Assembly (NCBI GenBank): GCA_052325545.1
Contig: JBKQUP010000013.1
Span: 7,692 to 71,691, forward strand
Direction: 5' to 3'
DNA length: 64,000 nucleotides
Source of the DNA: Thermoplasmata archaeon
GTDB lineage: Archaea; Thermoplasmatota; Thermoplasmata; Lutacidiplasmatales; UBA184
The translations under genes and the position numbers were made by a program. Shown here one piece after another: positions 42,885 to 53,413 of the stretch (positions are counted from its first letter, which is position 1; each line of letters begins with the position of its first letter). Below the pieces are notes generated by a model. It did not search any database. It saw nothing but the letters and a program-made list of their open reading frames with translations, and was not told the origin of the DNA.

Positions 42885-44902
42885 GAACCGGTCGGTCGAG
42901 CCGGCGGGGTGGTCGGCGTTGCGGGCGAGGGGATCTCCTCAGTGGACCGGCCCGTCGCGCGGACCATCGCCGAAAGACGTTCGAGCAGCGACTCCTTCTG
43001 AGCGCCCTGGCCGACCAGGGCGTACTTCAGCACGTCGCGGAGCGTGGAGACCGGGATGACCTCGACCATGCCCCGGTACTTCGACTCGAGCACGAGGTCG
43101 TCGAGGTTCTCTTCGGGCACGAGCACGCGCTTGATGCCGGAGTCCGCCGCCGCCTCGACCTTCGCGGTGACGCCGCCCACCGGGAGGACCTGGCCCCGGA
43201 CGGAGAGCGAACCGGTCATCGCGACCGACTGGTCGACGGGGACGCCCTCGAGGGCGCTGATGACCGCCGTCGCGATCGAGACCGAGGCACTGTCGCCCTC
43301 GACCCCGTCCGACGTGCCGACGAACTGGATGTGGATGTCGTAGCGGGAGATGTCCTCGCCCGTGTACTTCTTGATGAGGGCGCTGACGTTCTGGACCGCC
43401 TCGCGCGCGATCTCCCCGAGCTTTCCCGTGGCGACCACGACCCCGCCATTCCGCGTCTGGGCCGGGGTGACCTCGGCGACGATCGGGAGAACGATCCCCG
43501 AGAACTCGGCCATGCCGGTCTGGGCGTTGATCGCCGCCAGCCCGTTCACGACCCCGACCGCGGAGCCCTCGGTCGTGAACATGTGGTACTCCTTGCGGCG
43601 CTCGATGTACCGGTCCGCAATCTGCTGCTCGAGCGAGCGGGCCGCCCGCTTCGCCTTCACGACCTGCTCGGCGTGGACGACGGAGAGGCCGTCCGAGAGC
43701 GCGATGTCGCCCGAGACCCGGACGAGGCCCCCGAGCTCGCGGAGACGGAGTGTGAGCTGGCCCGAGCGACCCGAACGGCGCTGGGCCTCGCGGATGACCT
43801 CGACCATGGCCCCGAGGTCGAAGTGCGGGATCTTCTTGTCCTTCACAACCTCCTGGGCGATGAATCGAACGAGCTTCAGCCGGTTGTCGGGCGTATCGGG
43901 CATCGTCGTCTTGACGTACAACTCGTAGCCGTAGCCCCGGATACGCGAGCGCAGCGCCGGGTGCATCGTCTGGACGCTGTCGACGTTCCCCGCGGCGACG
44001 AGGACGAAGTCGGAGGGGACCGGTTCGGTCTTGACCATCGCCCCCGCGGAGCGCTCCGACTGACCGACGATCGGGAACTTGCGCTCCTGCAGCGCGGTGA
44101 GGAGCGAGTGCTGGCTCTCGATCTTGAGGAGATTGATCTCGTCGAGGAAAAGCACCCCGCCGTTCGCCTTGTGGATCGCCCCGACCTCAACGCGCTCGTG
44201 CGGTGGGGTCTCGAGACCGCCCGACTGGAACGGGTCGTGCTTCACGTCCCCGAGAAGGGCCCCGGCATGGGCGCCCGTGGCGTCCACGAACGGAGGCTTG
44301 TCATCGGGGGTATGGGAGACGAGGAGCTTCGCGACCGCGTTGCCCGTGTCGGTCCGGCCGCCCGAGAAGCGGGCGAGGACCCAGATGATGAGCACGATGA
44401 GCACGCCGACCAGGATCGCCGTCAGGTCCTTGTCGACGATGACGATGTAGAGCGTGAACGCCATCACCAGGACGGCGATGACGATGAACAGGATGTTCCG
44501 TTGCTCCTTCTTCTGGGCGGCCTCGATCTTTTGGGCCGCGACGATCTCCTTTCCCTTCCCCGCGGGGACGACCCGGATCTTCGGCTCATTCGGGTCATCG
44601 CTGTTGGAGTAGGCGAGGATGTCCTGGAGCTGCTCCTTGGGAAGGAAGTCGACCATCGCCCGAGCGAGCATGCTCTTGCCCGTTCCGGGGTCGCCGATCA
44701 GCATCATGTGCCGCTTCTGGGTCGCGGCCTTGTGCGCGACCTCGACCGCGTCGTCCTGGCCGATCACCTGGTCGAGGAGGCGGGGCGGTACCTCGACCTG
44801 GGCGCTCGACGTATAGGGAAGGGTCCGCGCCCACAGTTCCAGCTCGCTGGCCGGCGGAGTCGCAGAGGTCCCGGCGGCCGGTGCTTCCGTTCCTTCTGCC
44901 AT
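42881..44902 (-). CDS. lonB: Archaeal membrane-bound Lon protease (LonB)
   Basis: Walker A is [15 protein letters not shown] two-helix TM insertion ([37 protein letters not shown]) interrupts the AAA+ domain. The protease-domain serine lies in [18 protein letters not shown]. The start was chosen at ATG 44902 (MAEGTE). The track ORF extends to 45163. Confidence 0.9.
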   Translation of the reverse strand: MAEGTEAPAAGTSATPPASELELWARTLPYTSSAQVEVPPRLLDQVIGQDDAVEVAHKAATQKRHMMLIGDPGTGKSMLARAMVDFLPKEQLQDILAYSNSDDPNEPKIRVVPAGKGKEIVAAQKIEAAQKKEQRNILFIVIAVLVMAFTLYIVIVDKDLTAILVGVLIVLIIWVLARFSGGRTDTGNAVAKLLVSHTPDDKPPFVDATGAHAGALLGDVKHDPFQSGGLETPPHERVEVGAIHKANGGVLFLDEINLLKIESQHSLLTALQERKFPIVGQSERSAGAMVKTEPVPSDFVLVAAGNVDSVQTMHPALRSRIRGYGYELYVKTTMPDTPDNRLKLVRFIAQEVVKDKKIPHFDLGAMVEVIREAQRRSGRSGQLTLRLRELGGLVRVSGDIALSDGLSVVHAEQVVKAKRAARSLEQQIADRYIERRKEYHMFTTEGSAVGVVNGLAAINAQTGMAEFSGIVLPIVAEVTPAQTRNGGVVVATGKLGEIAREAVQNVSALIKKYTGEDISRYDIHIQFVGTSDGVEGDSASVSIATAVISALEGVPVDQSVAMTGSLSVRGQVLPVGGVTAKVEAAADSGIKRVLVPEENLDDLVLESKYRGMVEVIPVSTLRDVLKYALVGQGAQKESLLERLSAMVRATGRSTEEIPSPATPTTPPARPTGS

Positions 44903-44963
44903 GGTGGCGTCGCGGCTCCCTACGGTCCGGGACCGGTGCGCCAGGGAATCCATGGGGGGGTCC

Positions 44964-44970
44964 ATATAAA
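44964..44970 (-). promoter_or_regulatory. TATA-like box upstream of lonB
   Basis: The minus strand reads GGGCTTTATATGGA, about 60 nt upstream of the ATG at 44902. This implies a short 5' UTR. Confidence 0.4.
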
Positions 44971-45098
44971 GCCCTTCGGGCCAGTGAATCCGGAGTACCC
45001 TGGTTTCGGCGACCGTTTTCCGCGTCGGAGGCCGGCTCGCGCGCGGCCAGGGTCGGCCGTTATCTACCGTCCCGGGCTCGACCCTGCGGGGACGAGCG

Positions 45099-45989
45099 AT
45101 GACCGTTCGGCTCGAGGGGAAGCCGGTCGCGGAAGCGATCGACGAGGCGACCCGGAAGGCCATTCGGTCGGTCCCGTCCGGTGAACCCCTGCCGTGCCTC
45201 GCGAGCGTCCACCGAGGCTTGGAGAGCCCGTTCCGCTACTACCTGAAGCGCCAGGCGAAGGCGGCCGCGGCGCTCGGCATCTCGTTCCGGGACGAGCCCC
45301 TCCACCCCGGGGACGGGCCGAAGGAGCTCATCGATCGTCTCGCCGCCCTCGACCGGGACGCGAGCGTCCACGCGGTGCTCCTGGAACATCCGCTGCCCCT
45401 ACCGTTCGACTTCTACCGTGCGGTCGCGGCGCTGCGGCCCTCGAAGGACGTCGACGGAGTGGGAACGGCCAACCTCGGCCGTCTGGTCGCCCAAACGCCC
45501 GTCCACGTCCCGGCGGTGGCGCTCGCCGCGGTCGAGATCGCTCGGTATTATCGGCTCCCGATCGAAGGGGAGCGGGTCGTCGTCCTGGGCCGGTCCGAGA
45601 CCGTCGGCCTGCCCCTCGCCCTGCTGCTCGCCGGGAAGGGCATCGGCCTCAACGCCACGGTCACGGTCGTCCACTCGAAGAGCCGGGACCTCCCGGGTGC
45701 CCTCGCGAACGCCCGTACGATCTTCTCGTGCGTGGGCCGACCGGGCATGCTGACCCGGGAGGTGGTCCCCGAAGGGGCGTTCGTGGTCGACGTGGGGGTC
45801 GCCACCGTTCCGGACCCGACCCGACCGGGGAGCTCCAAGACCACCGGCGATGCGGATTTCGCGGGCCTCGACGGCTGGGCCGCGGGGGTCACGCCCGTTC
45901 CCGGCGGGGTCGGGCCGGTGACGGTCGCCAAATTGATGGCGAGCACGCTCGAAGCCTATCGGCTCGCGAGAACGGAGGAACGGCGTTGA
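45099..45989 (+). CDS. folD: Bifunctional methylenetetrahydrofolate dehydrogenase/methenyltetrahydrofolate cyclohydrolase
   Basis: [48 protein letters not shown] and [14 protein letters not shown] are canonical FolD motifs. Confidence 0.9.
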   Translation: MTVRLEGKPVAEAIDEATRKAIRSVPSGEPLPCLASVHRGLESPFRYYLKRQAKAAAALGISFRDEPLHPGDGPKELIDRLAALDRDASVHAVLLEHPLPLPFDFYRAVAALRPSKDVDGVGTANLGRLVAQTPVHVPAVALAAVEIARYYRLPIEGERVVVLGRSETVGLPLALLLAGKGIGLNATVTVVHSKSRDLPGALANARTIFSCVGRPGMLTREVVPEGAFVVDVGVATVPDPTRPGSSKTTGDADFAGLDGWAAGVTPVPGGVGPVTVAKLMASTLEAYRLARTEERR

Positions 45990-46345
45990 GCCGGCACCAC
46001 GTCGGCGCGCCCGGAGCGACCCCTCCGCCGCTGCGATGCCGGGACTGCCCCATGTGGTACGGCGCGGAGGACGACGGTTGGGGACCGTGCTCGATCAAGA
46101 ATCGGCGGGGGGACGAGCGGTACCTCACGTGGGGGGGTCACGCCTGCGACGAGGACTACGTCCCGCCCAGGGCGAATCCCGTCTTCTCGCGGGCGGCGCT
46201 GTTGAGCGGGGTCCGCTCCACCTCGAGGGCATCCGCCGTGGGATACACTTCCACCTCGAAAGCGGCCCAGGGAAGGCGACGGGCCGCGCGACGCAAGGCG
46301 AGCGGGGAGACCTCCACGCGACGCCGGTCCGCGTCCAGACGATAG
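45986..46345 (+). CDS. Candidate small Cys-rich protein (core about 55 aa; the 3' end is uncertain)
   Basis: TTG 45986 overlaps the folD stop as TTGA. The core is LRCRDCPMWYGAEDDGWGPCSIKNRRGDERYLTWGGHACDEDYVPP. The frame stays open to 46345, which would overlap the convergent radical SAM gene by about 190 nt, so the tail may not be real. Confidence 0.3.
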   Translation: MSRHHVGAPGATPPPLRCRDCPMWYGAEDDGWGPCSIKNRRGDERYLTWGGHACDEDYVPPRANPVFSRAALLSGVRSTSRASAVGYTSTSKAAQGRRRAARRKASGETSTRRRSASRR

Positions 46346-47295
46346 TCCTCGGGCCCGGCCCCGAGCCGGCGGACGACCCGGGCCGACCAGCGGTCGAGGT
46401 CGGTCCCACCCTCCGCCTCCACGATGCCGAGGATGACCGTGCCGTCCTCGGTGCGTCGCGCGAACGGGGGAGCGGTGCGGTCGGCCCGACGTAGGAGCCG
46501 CTGTCGCAACTGGACGCCGTCCTTGAACCGGGACGAGCAGTAGTGAACGGGGACGGACAGCGAGAGCTCCCGGACCAGGCGTTCCGCGACCGCACGGCTA
46601 CCGCGCACTCCCCAGCCGTTGCGGGGGTCGACCCGGTACCGGTGCTCCCGCATCTTCACCTCGTTGGTCTCGGAGAACTCGAGCTCGTTCAGATTGACGA
46701 AGTCGACCCCGATCTCGTCGAGGGTCCGCAGTAGGCGTCGAAGCTCGGCCTCCTTCTCGGGGAGGACCGGGACCTCCACGCCGCGACGGACCCCCCAATC
46801 GGGAGCGTTCTCGAGGACGGAGCGATACGCCCCCCCGTCGCTCGCGAGGGGACCCCACAGATAGTGCGGGATTTGGAGGCGGAACTCATCGAGCCCGGCC
46901 CGAGCGAGCCGGGCGAGCTTCTCGGAGTTGGGTTCGTGGGTGTAGAGATGGATGTGGTGCTCGGTCCCGAACTCGCGCTTCAAGAGGCGGACGTAGTGCT
47001 CCACGCGGTCGACGACCCCGAGCGGGTCGCCGCCGGTGATCCCCGTCCCGGACGCTCCGATCGCGCGCGCCTCGTCGAGCACGTCCTCGTCCGACCGGAC
47101 CCGGCGCTCGTCCGCGTAGACGACATCGAGCTGGTTGCGCGCCGGCGAGACCGGGCAGTAGAAGCACCGGAACCGGCAAAGGCCCGTGACGAACAGCACC
47201 ATCTTGCGACCCTCCGCGCACTGGGTGCACGCGGGCGAGAGCGGCCCTCGGTGGCTCGACGCCATCGGGAGGAGATGGAGGCCGTTCGCGTTCAT
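46156..47295 (-). CDS. Radical SAM protein
   Basis: The CxxxCxxC cluster sits in VTGLCRFRCFYCP. GGDPL is present and the sequence is TIM-barrel-like. The start was chosen at ATG 47295 (MNANGLHL). The track ORF starts at 47409. Confidence 0.8.
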   Translation of the reverse strand: MNANGLHLLPMASSHRGPLSPACTQCAEGRKMVLFVTGLCRFRCFYCPVSPARNQLDVVYADERRVRSDEDVLDEARAIGASGTGITGGDPLGVVDRVEHYVRLLKREFGTEHHIHLYTHEPNSEKLARLARAGLDEFRLQIPHYLWGPLASDGGAYRSVLENAPDWGVRRGVEVPVLPEKEAELRRLLRTLDEIGVDFVNLNELEFSETNEVKMREHRYRVDPRNGWGVRGSRAVAERLVRELSLSVPVHYCSSRFKDGVQLRQRLLRRADRTAPPFARRTEDGTVILGIVEAEGGTDLDRWSARVVRRLGAGPEDYRLDADRRRVEVSPLALRRAARRLPWAAFEVEVYPTADALEVERTPLNSAAREKTGFALGGT

Positions 47296-47488
47296 CGGGC
47301 AGAGGAGCCGGTCCGCGGAGGATAAGCGTTTCTTCCGTGCCGGAACGACCCGTCGGCGGGCCGGTGGGTCCAGCGACGCTCGGTTCCCGTGGTGGCCTCT
47401 CGCCACCAAGTGAGGGTGGAGGGAGACCGAGGCGTAGGCTCAAATCCCCCACCCGGTTGAGCGCCTCACTCGCGGAGGAACGTCGCCG

Positions 47489-48247
47489 ATGGAAATGCAA
47501 CCAGGCCAGATGGCGTATGACCGGGCCAGCACGGTGTTCTCGCCCGACGGAAGGCTGTTCCAGGTCGAGTACGCCCTCCAGGCGATCCAGATGGGCGGCA
47601 CCGCGGTCGCGGTGACCTACGATACCGGCATCGTCTTCGTCGCGTACCGCAACCTTCCCGTGAGCTCGCTCGCCGAGGCCGGGTCGATCGAGAAGAGCTT
47701 CGCGATCGACCGGGGGCTGGGATGCGTGACCGCCGGGCTCATCGCCGATTCGCGCGTCCTGGTCGAGTTCCTGCGGGTCGAGGCCCAGCGCCACCGACTG
47801 ACCTACGGGGAGGCGCCACCGTTCACGCTGCTCGGCCACGCGCTCGGCACGCTCCTTCAGCAGTACACTCAGTACGGCGGGACCCGCCCGTTCGCGGTCT
47901 CGCTGCTCCTCGGCGGGTTCGACGGAAAGGCCCCCGGGCTGGTCGAGCTCGACCCCAGCGGCGCGACGATCGGATGGAAGGCGTACGCCATCGGGCGGAA
48001 CCGACGGGCGGTCGCGGACTTCCTCGAAGAGAAGCTTCCCGAACACTTGACCGAGGAGTCGGCGTTCAAGCTCGCGGTCCAAGCGGTCGCCGAGGGTTCG
48101 CCGACCCCGTTCCAGCCCGAGGCCTTGGACGTCGCGATCCTGGAACCGGACACGGACCTCCGCCGCCTCCCGTTGAGCGATGTCGCCCGCCGCGTGCAGG
48201 GGATGCCGTTCATCGGCGCGCCCGAACGTCGCCCGAACTCCCGGTAG
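47489..48247 (+). CDS. psmA: Proteasome subunit alpha
   Basis: YDRASTVFSPDGRLFQVEYA is the N-terminal signature of 20S alpha subunits. The length of 252 aa fits. Confidence 0.95.
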   Translation: MEMQPGQMAYDRASTVFSPDGRLFQVEYALQAIQMGGTAVAVTYDTGIVFVAYRNLPVSSLAEAGSIEKSFAIDRGLGCVTAGLIADSRVLVEFLRVEAQRHRLTYGEAPPFTLLGHALGTLLQQYTQYGGTRPFAVSLLLGGFDGKAPGLVELDPSGATIGWKAYAIGRNRRAVADFLEEKLPEHLTEESAFKLAVQAVAEGSPTPFQPEALDVAILEPDTDLRRLPLSDVARRVQGMPFIGAPERRPNSR

Positions 48248-48276
48248 ACCGGGACCTCGCCGTCCCCGAGAGGTCG

Positions 48277-48840
48277 ATGGCGGCGAAGGTCAAGCCGTCG
48301 GTCATGACGGGGCCGCTCACGCTCTCGCCCGGGGATGCCCGGGCGATCTTCGAGTACAACCGGGCCGTCTTCGACCGGTTCGCGCGGCGCCTGTCGCGGC
48401 TCCCCTGGCCGACGGTGACCGCGGAGCGCCAGACCGGCCATCACACCCTCTTCGACACGCTCGTCCACATCCTGCACGTGCAGGAGGCGTGGCTCGTCTA
48501 CGTCGTCCCGGGACGCTCCCGGGAGCTCTCGAGACGGTTCCGAGAGGCGGACCGGCATCCCACGACGTGGGAAGGGTTCCGCACGTACTCGGACCGGGTG
48601 TGGACCGAGACCGCGGCGGTGGTCCGTTCGCTCTCCGCCCGGGACCTCCGAAGGACCGTGAAGGCGCCGTGGATGCCCGGCCGATACACGGTCGCCGACG
48701 CCCTCCTCCAGGCCACGGTCGAACAGGCGCACCACCTCGGAGAGGTGATCGGTGCCCTCTGGCAGGACGACCTTCCGTCTCCCGCGATGACGTGGATCGA
48801 TGTCCGCCGGACCCCGAAGCGCTCCCGCCGACGCCCCTAG
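48277..48840 (+). CDS. DinB family (DinB_2-like) protein
   Basis: The His triad context appears in HTLFDTLVHILHVQEAW and VEQAHHLGEV. The start is at ATG 48277 within track ORF 47722..48840. Confidence 0.65.
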   Translation: MAAKVKPSVMTGPLTLSPGDARAIFEYNRAVFDRFARRLSRLPWPTVTAERQTGHHTLFDTLVHILHVQEAWLVYVVPGRSRELSRRFREADRHPTTWEGFRTYSDRVWTETAAVVRSLSARDLRRTVKAPWMPGRYTVADALLQATVEQAHHLGEVIGALWQDDLPSPAMTWIDVRRTPKRSRRRP

Positions 48841-50564
48841 GACCCGGACGGCAGGGACCGCTTCGCGGCCGCGGCCTCGAACTCCCCGCGCAGGCGCATC
48901 CGTCGCCGCGTGCGGTGATAGGTGACCGCGAACCGGTGCGCCTCGTCGCGCACCGCCCGCAGGAGCAGCATCGGGGCCGCGTTCGGGTTGGGGCGCATCG
49001 GCGCCGTCCGGTCGACGCGATACACCTCCTCCTCCCGCTTCGCGAGGCCGATCGTGGGGATCCGGTCAGAGAGCCCCAGCTCCGCGAGCGCGCCGAGCGC
49101 GGCGGAGAGCTGGCCGGCGCCGCCGTCGATGAGCAACAGGTCCGGGAGGATCTCGTTCTCGGCGAGACGACGGGCGAACCGGCGGGAGACGACCTCGGCG
49201 ACCATCGCGAAATCGTTCGTCCCCTCGACCGTGCGGATCCGGTACCGGCGGTACTCCGAGCGCTTGGCGAGGCCTCGTTCGAACACGACGAGCGAGCCCA
49301 CGGCCTCCGAACCCTGGAACAGGGAGATGTCCACGCCCTCGATCCGGTTCGGGATCGTCGGTAGCTCGAGCAGGCTCTGGACGGCGAGGAGCACTTCCCT
49401 CGGCGCGGGACGGGCCACGACCTGGTCGACCGTCGCCCGGGCGAGGCGCTCGGCGAGGCGACCGAGAGAGGCGTAGCGGCCCGTCGGCCGGAAGCGGACC
49501 TCCACCCCCCGGGGAGCGAACAGCTCGTCGATCGTCGCGTCGATCCCGGCCGGCCGGGGAGCCGCGATGTAGATACGGTCCGGAAGCTCGAACTGCGCCC
49601 CGTAGTACTGGGTCAGGAACTGCCGCAGGAGCTCCCCCGGCTCCGGGACGTCGTTCGCGGGGATCTCGAGGAGGTGCGGCTCGGTCTGCCGGACCTCGCC
49701 GTCCTCCACGCGAAGGAGACCCACCGCCACGCGCAACGTGGACGGGTCCTGGGGATAGGCGAGCGCGAGCACGTCCGAGCGACCCGTCCCGGGGCCGACG
49801 ACCGCCTGGCGCTCGGAGAGCGCCCCGAGGCCGGCGAGGGCGTCCCGCAACATCGCCGCGCGCTCGAACTCCTCGCGCTCGGACGCGCGTCGCATCTCCG
49901 TCTCGACCAGAGGACGCACCAGGGCGACCTGGCCCCGGAGCACCTGCGTCGCTCGGTCGACCTGCGCCCGGTACGCCTCCGGACCGATCGCCCCGATGCA
50001 GGGGGCGCTGCAGACCTTGAGGTGGTAGTAGAGGCACGCCTGCTTCGGGAGCCGCACGCACCGGCGCAGCTGGAAGAGGTCGCCGAGGAGCTTCTCGACG
50101 CCTCGAGCCTCGCGGGCGCTCGTGTACGGCCCGAAGAGGAGCAGGCCCGGCCGACGCCGGGGCCGGCGGACGAGGATGATCCGCGGGACCTCCTCGCCGA
50201 CCGTGACCGCGAGGTACGGGTAGCTCCGGTCGTCCTTCAGGAGAACGTTGTACGGCGGCTGGTACTGCTTGACGAGGTTCGCTTCGAGGAGGAGCGCCTC
50301 GCGCTCCGTCGCCGTGGGAGCGAACTCGACGCTCGTGCTCTGCGCGATGATCGTCCCGTCCTTCTCGATGCGCGCCCTCAGGTGGTCGAGGACCCGACGC
50401 CGCAGGCTGCGGGCCTTCCCCACGTAGACGACCTCCCCGCGGGCCGACCGGAAGAGATAGACCCCCGGAACATCCGGGCCCCGCCGGAACCCCTCGCGGG
50501 TCTCCGCGGCGAGCTGGCTCGCGGGAACGAACGACGGAAGCTCGGCCCGACCGCCCTCGGTCAT
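48837..50564 (-). CDS. uvrC: Excinuclease ABC subunit C
   Basis: The GIY-YIG N-terminus is GVYLFRSARGEVVYVGKARSLRRRV, and LEANLVKQYQPPYN follows. C-terminal endonuclease and HhH regions are present. The ATG at 50564 overlaps the uvrA stop as ATGA. Confidence 0.9.
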   Translation of the reverse strand: MTEGGRAELPSFVPASQLAAETREGFRRGPDVPGVYLFRSARGEVVYVGKARSLRRRVLDHLRARIEKDGTIIAQSTSVEFAPTATEREALLLEANLVKQYQPPYNVLLKDDRSYPYLAVTVGEEVPRIILVRRPRRRPGLLLFGPYTSAREARGVEKLLGDLFQLRRCVRLPKQACLYYHLKVCSAPCIGAIGPEAYRAQVDRATQVLRGQVALVRPLVETEMRRASEREEFERAAMLRDALAGLGALSERQAVVGPGTGRSDVLALAYPQDPSTLRVAVGLLRVEDGEVRQTEPHLLEIPANDVPEPGELLRQFLTQYYGAQFELPDRIYIAAPRPAGIDATIDELFAPRGVEVRFRPTGRYASLGRLAERLARATVDQVVARPAPREVLLAVQSLLELPTIPNRIEGVDISLFQGSEAVGSLVVFERGLAKRSEYRRYRIRTVEGTNDFAMVAEVVSRRFARRLAENEILPDLLLIDGGAGQLSAALGALAELGLSDRIPTIGLAKREEEVYRVDRTAPMRPNPNAAPMLLLRAVRDEAHRFAVTYHRTRRRMRLRGEFEAAAAKRSLPSGS

Positions 50565-53404
50565 AGGCGCGCGCGTCGCAAGGTGGGCACCGGCGGCGGA
50601 AGGTGCGGGAGGAGGTAGCGGCCGGTGTGGGAGGCGGGAACGCGCGCGACCTCCTCGGGCGACCCCTGGGCGACCACGTGACCGCCCGCGTTCCCGCCCT
50701 CGGGACCCAGGTCGATCAGCCAGTCGGCCGACTTGAGCACGTCCACGTTGTGCTCGATGACGACCACCGTGTTCCCTCCCGACCGCAGCCGGAAGAGGAC
50801 CTGGAGTAGACGGTCGACGTCGGCGAAGTGGAGGCCGGTCGTCGGCTCATCGAGAAGGTAGAGGGTCTTCCCGGTCGGAGGCTTCGCGAGCTCGTAGGCG
50901 ATCTTGATCCGCTGGGCCTCGCCTCCCGAGAGCGTGGTCGCGCTCTGTCCGAGCCGAATGTACCCGAGCCCGACGTCGACCAGGAGCTGGAGGCGCGTCG
51001 CGATGCGTCGGTGGTGGGCGAAGAAGGTGAGCGCCTCGCTCACCGACATATCGAGGACGTCGGCGATCGTCTTCTCCTTGAACTTCACCTCGAGGGTCTC
51101 GGCGTTGAACCGCTTTCCCTGGCACTCCTCGCAGACGACGTAGACGTCCGGCAGGAAGTGCATCTCGTAGCGGAGCACCCCGTCGCCCTCGCACGTCTCG
51201 CACCGCCCCCCGGCGACATTGAAGCTGAACCGTCCGGGCGCGAACCCTCGCGCCTTCGCGTCGGGAAGGCCGGCGAACAGTTCTCGGATCGGCGTCATCA
51301 CGCCAGTATAGGTCGCCGGGTTCGACCGGGGCGTCCGCCCGATAGGGGCCTGGTCGATGAGCAGGACCCGGTCGACCTCGTCGATCCCCTCGATGAAATC
51401 GTGGCGGCCCGGCGTCTCCCGGCCGAGGCCGAGGTGCCGGCGCACCGCCCGGTAGAGGATCTCCTGGAGGATCGTCGACTTGCCGCTCCCCGAGACCCCG
51501 GACAGGCCGACCAGGAGGCCGAGGGGGATCGCCACGTCGTCCCCCTTCAGGTTGTGTTCCCGCGGACCGTGGATCGTCAGGAACCGGCGTCCTGGCGACA
51601 GTCGTCGCTCGGGCGTGGGGATCGAGCGGGTACCCGAAAGGAATGCGGCCGTGAGCGACCGCGGGGTCCCCCCGATCTGACCGGGAGGACCCGCGTACAG
51701 GAGCTCACCGCCGAGCGCTCCCGCCCCGGGCCCGAGGTCGACCAGCCAGTCGGACTCCCGCATCGTCATCTCGTCGTGCTCGACGACGAGCAACGTGTTG
51801 CCGAGGTCGCGGAGCGTCTTCAGCGTGGAGAGCAATCGGGCCTGGTCGCGGGGATGGAGCCCGATCGACGGCTCGTCCAGGATGTAGAGGACTCCGACGA
51901 GGCCCGAGCCGATCTGCGTTGCCAGGGCGATCCGTTCGGCCTCGCCTCCCGAGAGCGTCCCCGACGCGCGGTCGAGGGTCAGGTACGTGAGGCCGACGTT
52001 CTCGAGGAAGCCGAGACGGGCCCGGATCTCCTTCACGACCTGACCCACGATCTGCTCGTCGCGGTCGGAGAGCGCGAGCGACCGGAACATCGCGACCGAC
52101 TCGGAGACGGTCATCGCGGTGACGTCCGCGATCGACTTCCCCTGGACCGTGACCGCGAGGCTTTCGGGCTTCAGGCGACGTCCTCCGCACGCCCGGCACG
52201 GGGTGAAGGAGAGGAACCCGAGGTAGTACTCTTTCGCGCCCTCGCTCTTCGTCGTTCGCCACCGGCGCTCGAGCGCCGCGACGAGACCTTCGCGCAGCCA
52301 CCCGTTCACCCACCACTCCTCGGGACGGTGGGTCGACTGACCGAGGCTCTTGTCGGCCCCGTACATCAGCGCCTTCCACCCCTTCTCGGAAAGCTCCCGG
52401 ACGGGGCGACGTGGGTCGTAGTCGTAGAGCTGACCGAACCGGACGAGGGACGGGGTGACCGGAGTGAGGCCCCAGACGTTGATCGCCTTCGTGAGGGGCT
52501 TCTCCTTGTTCGGGACGATCCGGTCCGGGTCGGCGTGGAGCGTGGCTCCGATCCCGAGGCACTCGGGGCAGGCCCCGAAGGGGTTGTTGAACGAGAAAAT
52601 CCGCGGCGCGAGCTCGTCCATCGAGAAGCCGCAGATGGGGCACGCGCGCCGGCTCGAGAAGACCTGCCGGTCCCCGCCGGGGCGTCGGAGGATGACCAGT
52701 CCGTCGCCGAGGGTCCGGGCCAGCTCGACCGACTCGGCGAGCCGGCTCTCCTCGTCGGGAGAGACCACGAAGCTGTCCACCACGACCTCGATCGTGTGCT
52801 TCTTGTTCTTCTCGAGCCGGACCTCGGAGCCGGGAAGACGGACTTCGACGCCGTCGATGACGAACCGTCGGTAGCCGGACTTCCGCAGCTTGTCGATCAC
52901 GTCCCGGTGCTCGCCCTTCTTCGCCTGCAGGACCGGCGCCAGCAGGTCGACCTTCTCTCCATTCGCCCGGGCCTTGACCGCGTCCACGATCCGGTCGACC
53001 GACTGCGGGGTGATCTCCTGCCCGTCGTGCGGGCAGTGCGGGACACCGATGCGGGCGAACAGGAGGCGCAGGTAATCGTGGATCTCGGTGACGGTGCCGA
53101 CGGTCGAGCGCGGGTTCTTGCTGCCGGACCGTTGTTCGATCGCGATCGCCGGGGCCAGACCGTCGATCGAGTCGACGTCCGGCTTGTCCATCTGGCCGAG
53201 GAACTGGCGGGCGTACGAGGAGAGGCTCTCGATGTACCGCCGCTGGCCCTCGGCATAGAGCGTGTCGAAGGCGAGCGAGGACTTTCCCGAGCCGCTCACT
53301 CCCGTGATGACGATGAACTTCCCGCGCGGGAGGTCGATCGAGATGTTCTTCAGGTTGTGCTGGCGCGCGCCGCGGACCCGGATCGTGTCGGATGGGTCGG
53401 CCAT
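50561..53404 (-). CDS. uvrA: Excinuclease ABC subunit A
   Basis: The length is 947 aa. The N-terminus is IRVRGARQHNLKNI..ITGVSGSGKSSLAFDT. Zinc modules and two ABC signature/Walker sets are present (LSGGEAERI, LSGGEAQRI, YLLDEPTTGLH). Confidence 0.95.
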   Translation of the reverse strand: MADPSDTIRVRGARQHNLKNISIDLPRGKFIVITGVSGSGKSSLAFDTLYAEGQRRYIESLSSYARQFLGQMDKPDVDSIDGLAPAIAIEQRSGSKNPRSTVGTVTEIHDYLRLLFARIGVPHCPHDGQEITPQSVDRIVDAVKARANGEKVDLLAPVLQAKKGEHRDVIDKLRKSGYRRFVIDGVEVRLPGSEVRLEKNKKHTIEVVVDSFVVSPDEESRLAESVELARTLGDGLVILRRPGGDRQVFSSRRACPICGFSMDELAPRIFSFNNPFGACPECLGIGATLHADPDRIVPNKEKPLTKAINVWGLTPVTPSLVRFGQLYDYDPRRPVRELSEKGWKALMYGADKSLGQSTHRPEEWWVNGWLREGLVAALERRWRTTKSEGAKEYYLGFLSFTPCRACGGRRLKPESLAVTVQGKSIADVTAMTVSESVAMFRSLALSDRDEQIVGQVVKEIRARLGFLENVGLTYLTLDRASGTLSGGEAERIALATQIGSGLVGVLYILDEPSIGLHPRDQARLLSTLKTLRDLGNTLLVVEHDEMTMRESDWLVDLGPGAGALGGELLYAGPPGQIGGTPRSLTAAFLSGTRSIPTPERRLSPGRRFLTIHGPREHNLKGDDVAIPLGLLVGLSGVSGSGKSTILQEILYRAVRRHLGLGRETPGRHDFIEGIDEVDRVLLIDQAPIGRTPRSNPATYTGVMTPIRELFAGLPDAKARGFAPGRFSFNVAGGRCETCEGDGVLRYEMHFLPDVYVVCEECQGKRFNAETLEVKFKEKTIADVLDMSVSEALTFFAHHRRIATRLQLLVDVGLGYIRLGQSATTLSGGEAQRIKIAYELAKPPTGKTLYLLDEPTTGLHFADVDRLLQVLFRLRSGGNTVVVIEHNVDVLKSADWLIDLGPEGGNAGGHVVAQGSPEEVARVPASHTGRYLLPHLPPPVPTLRRARL

Positions 53405-53413
53405 GCTCTCGGC

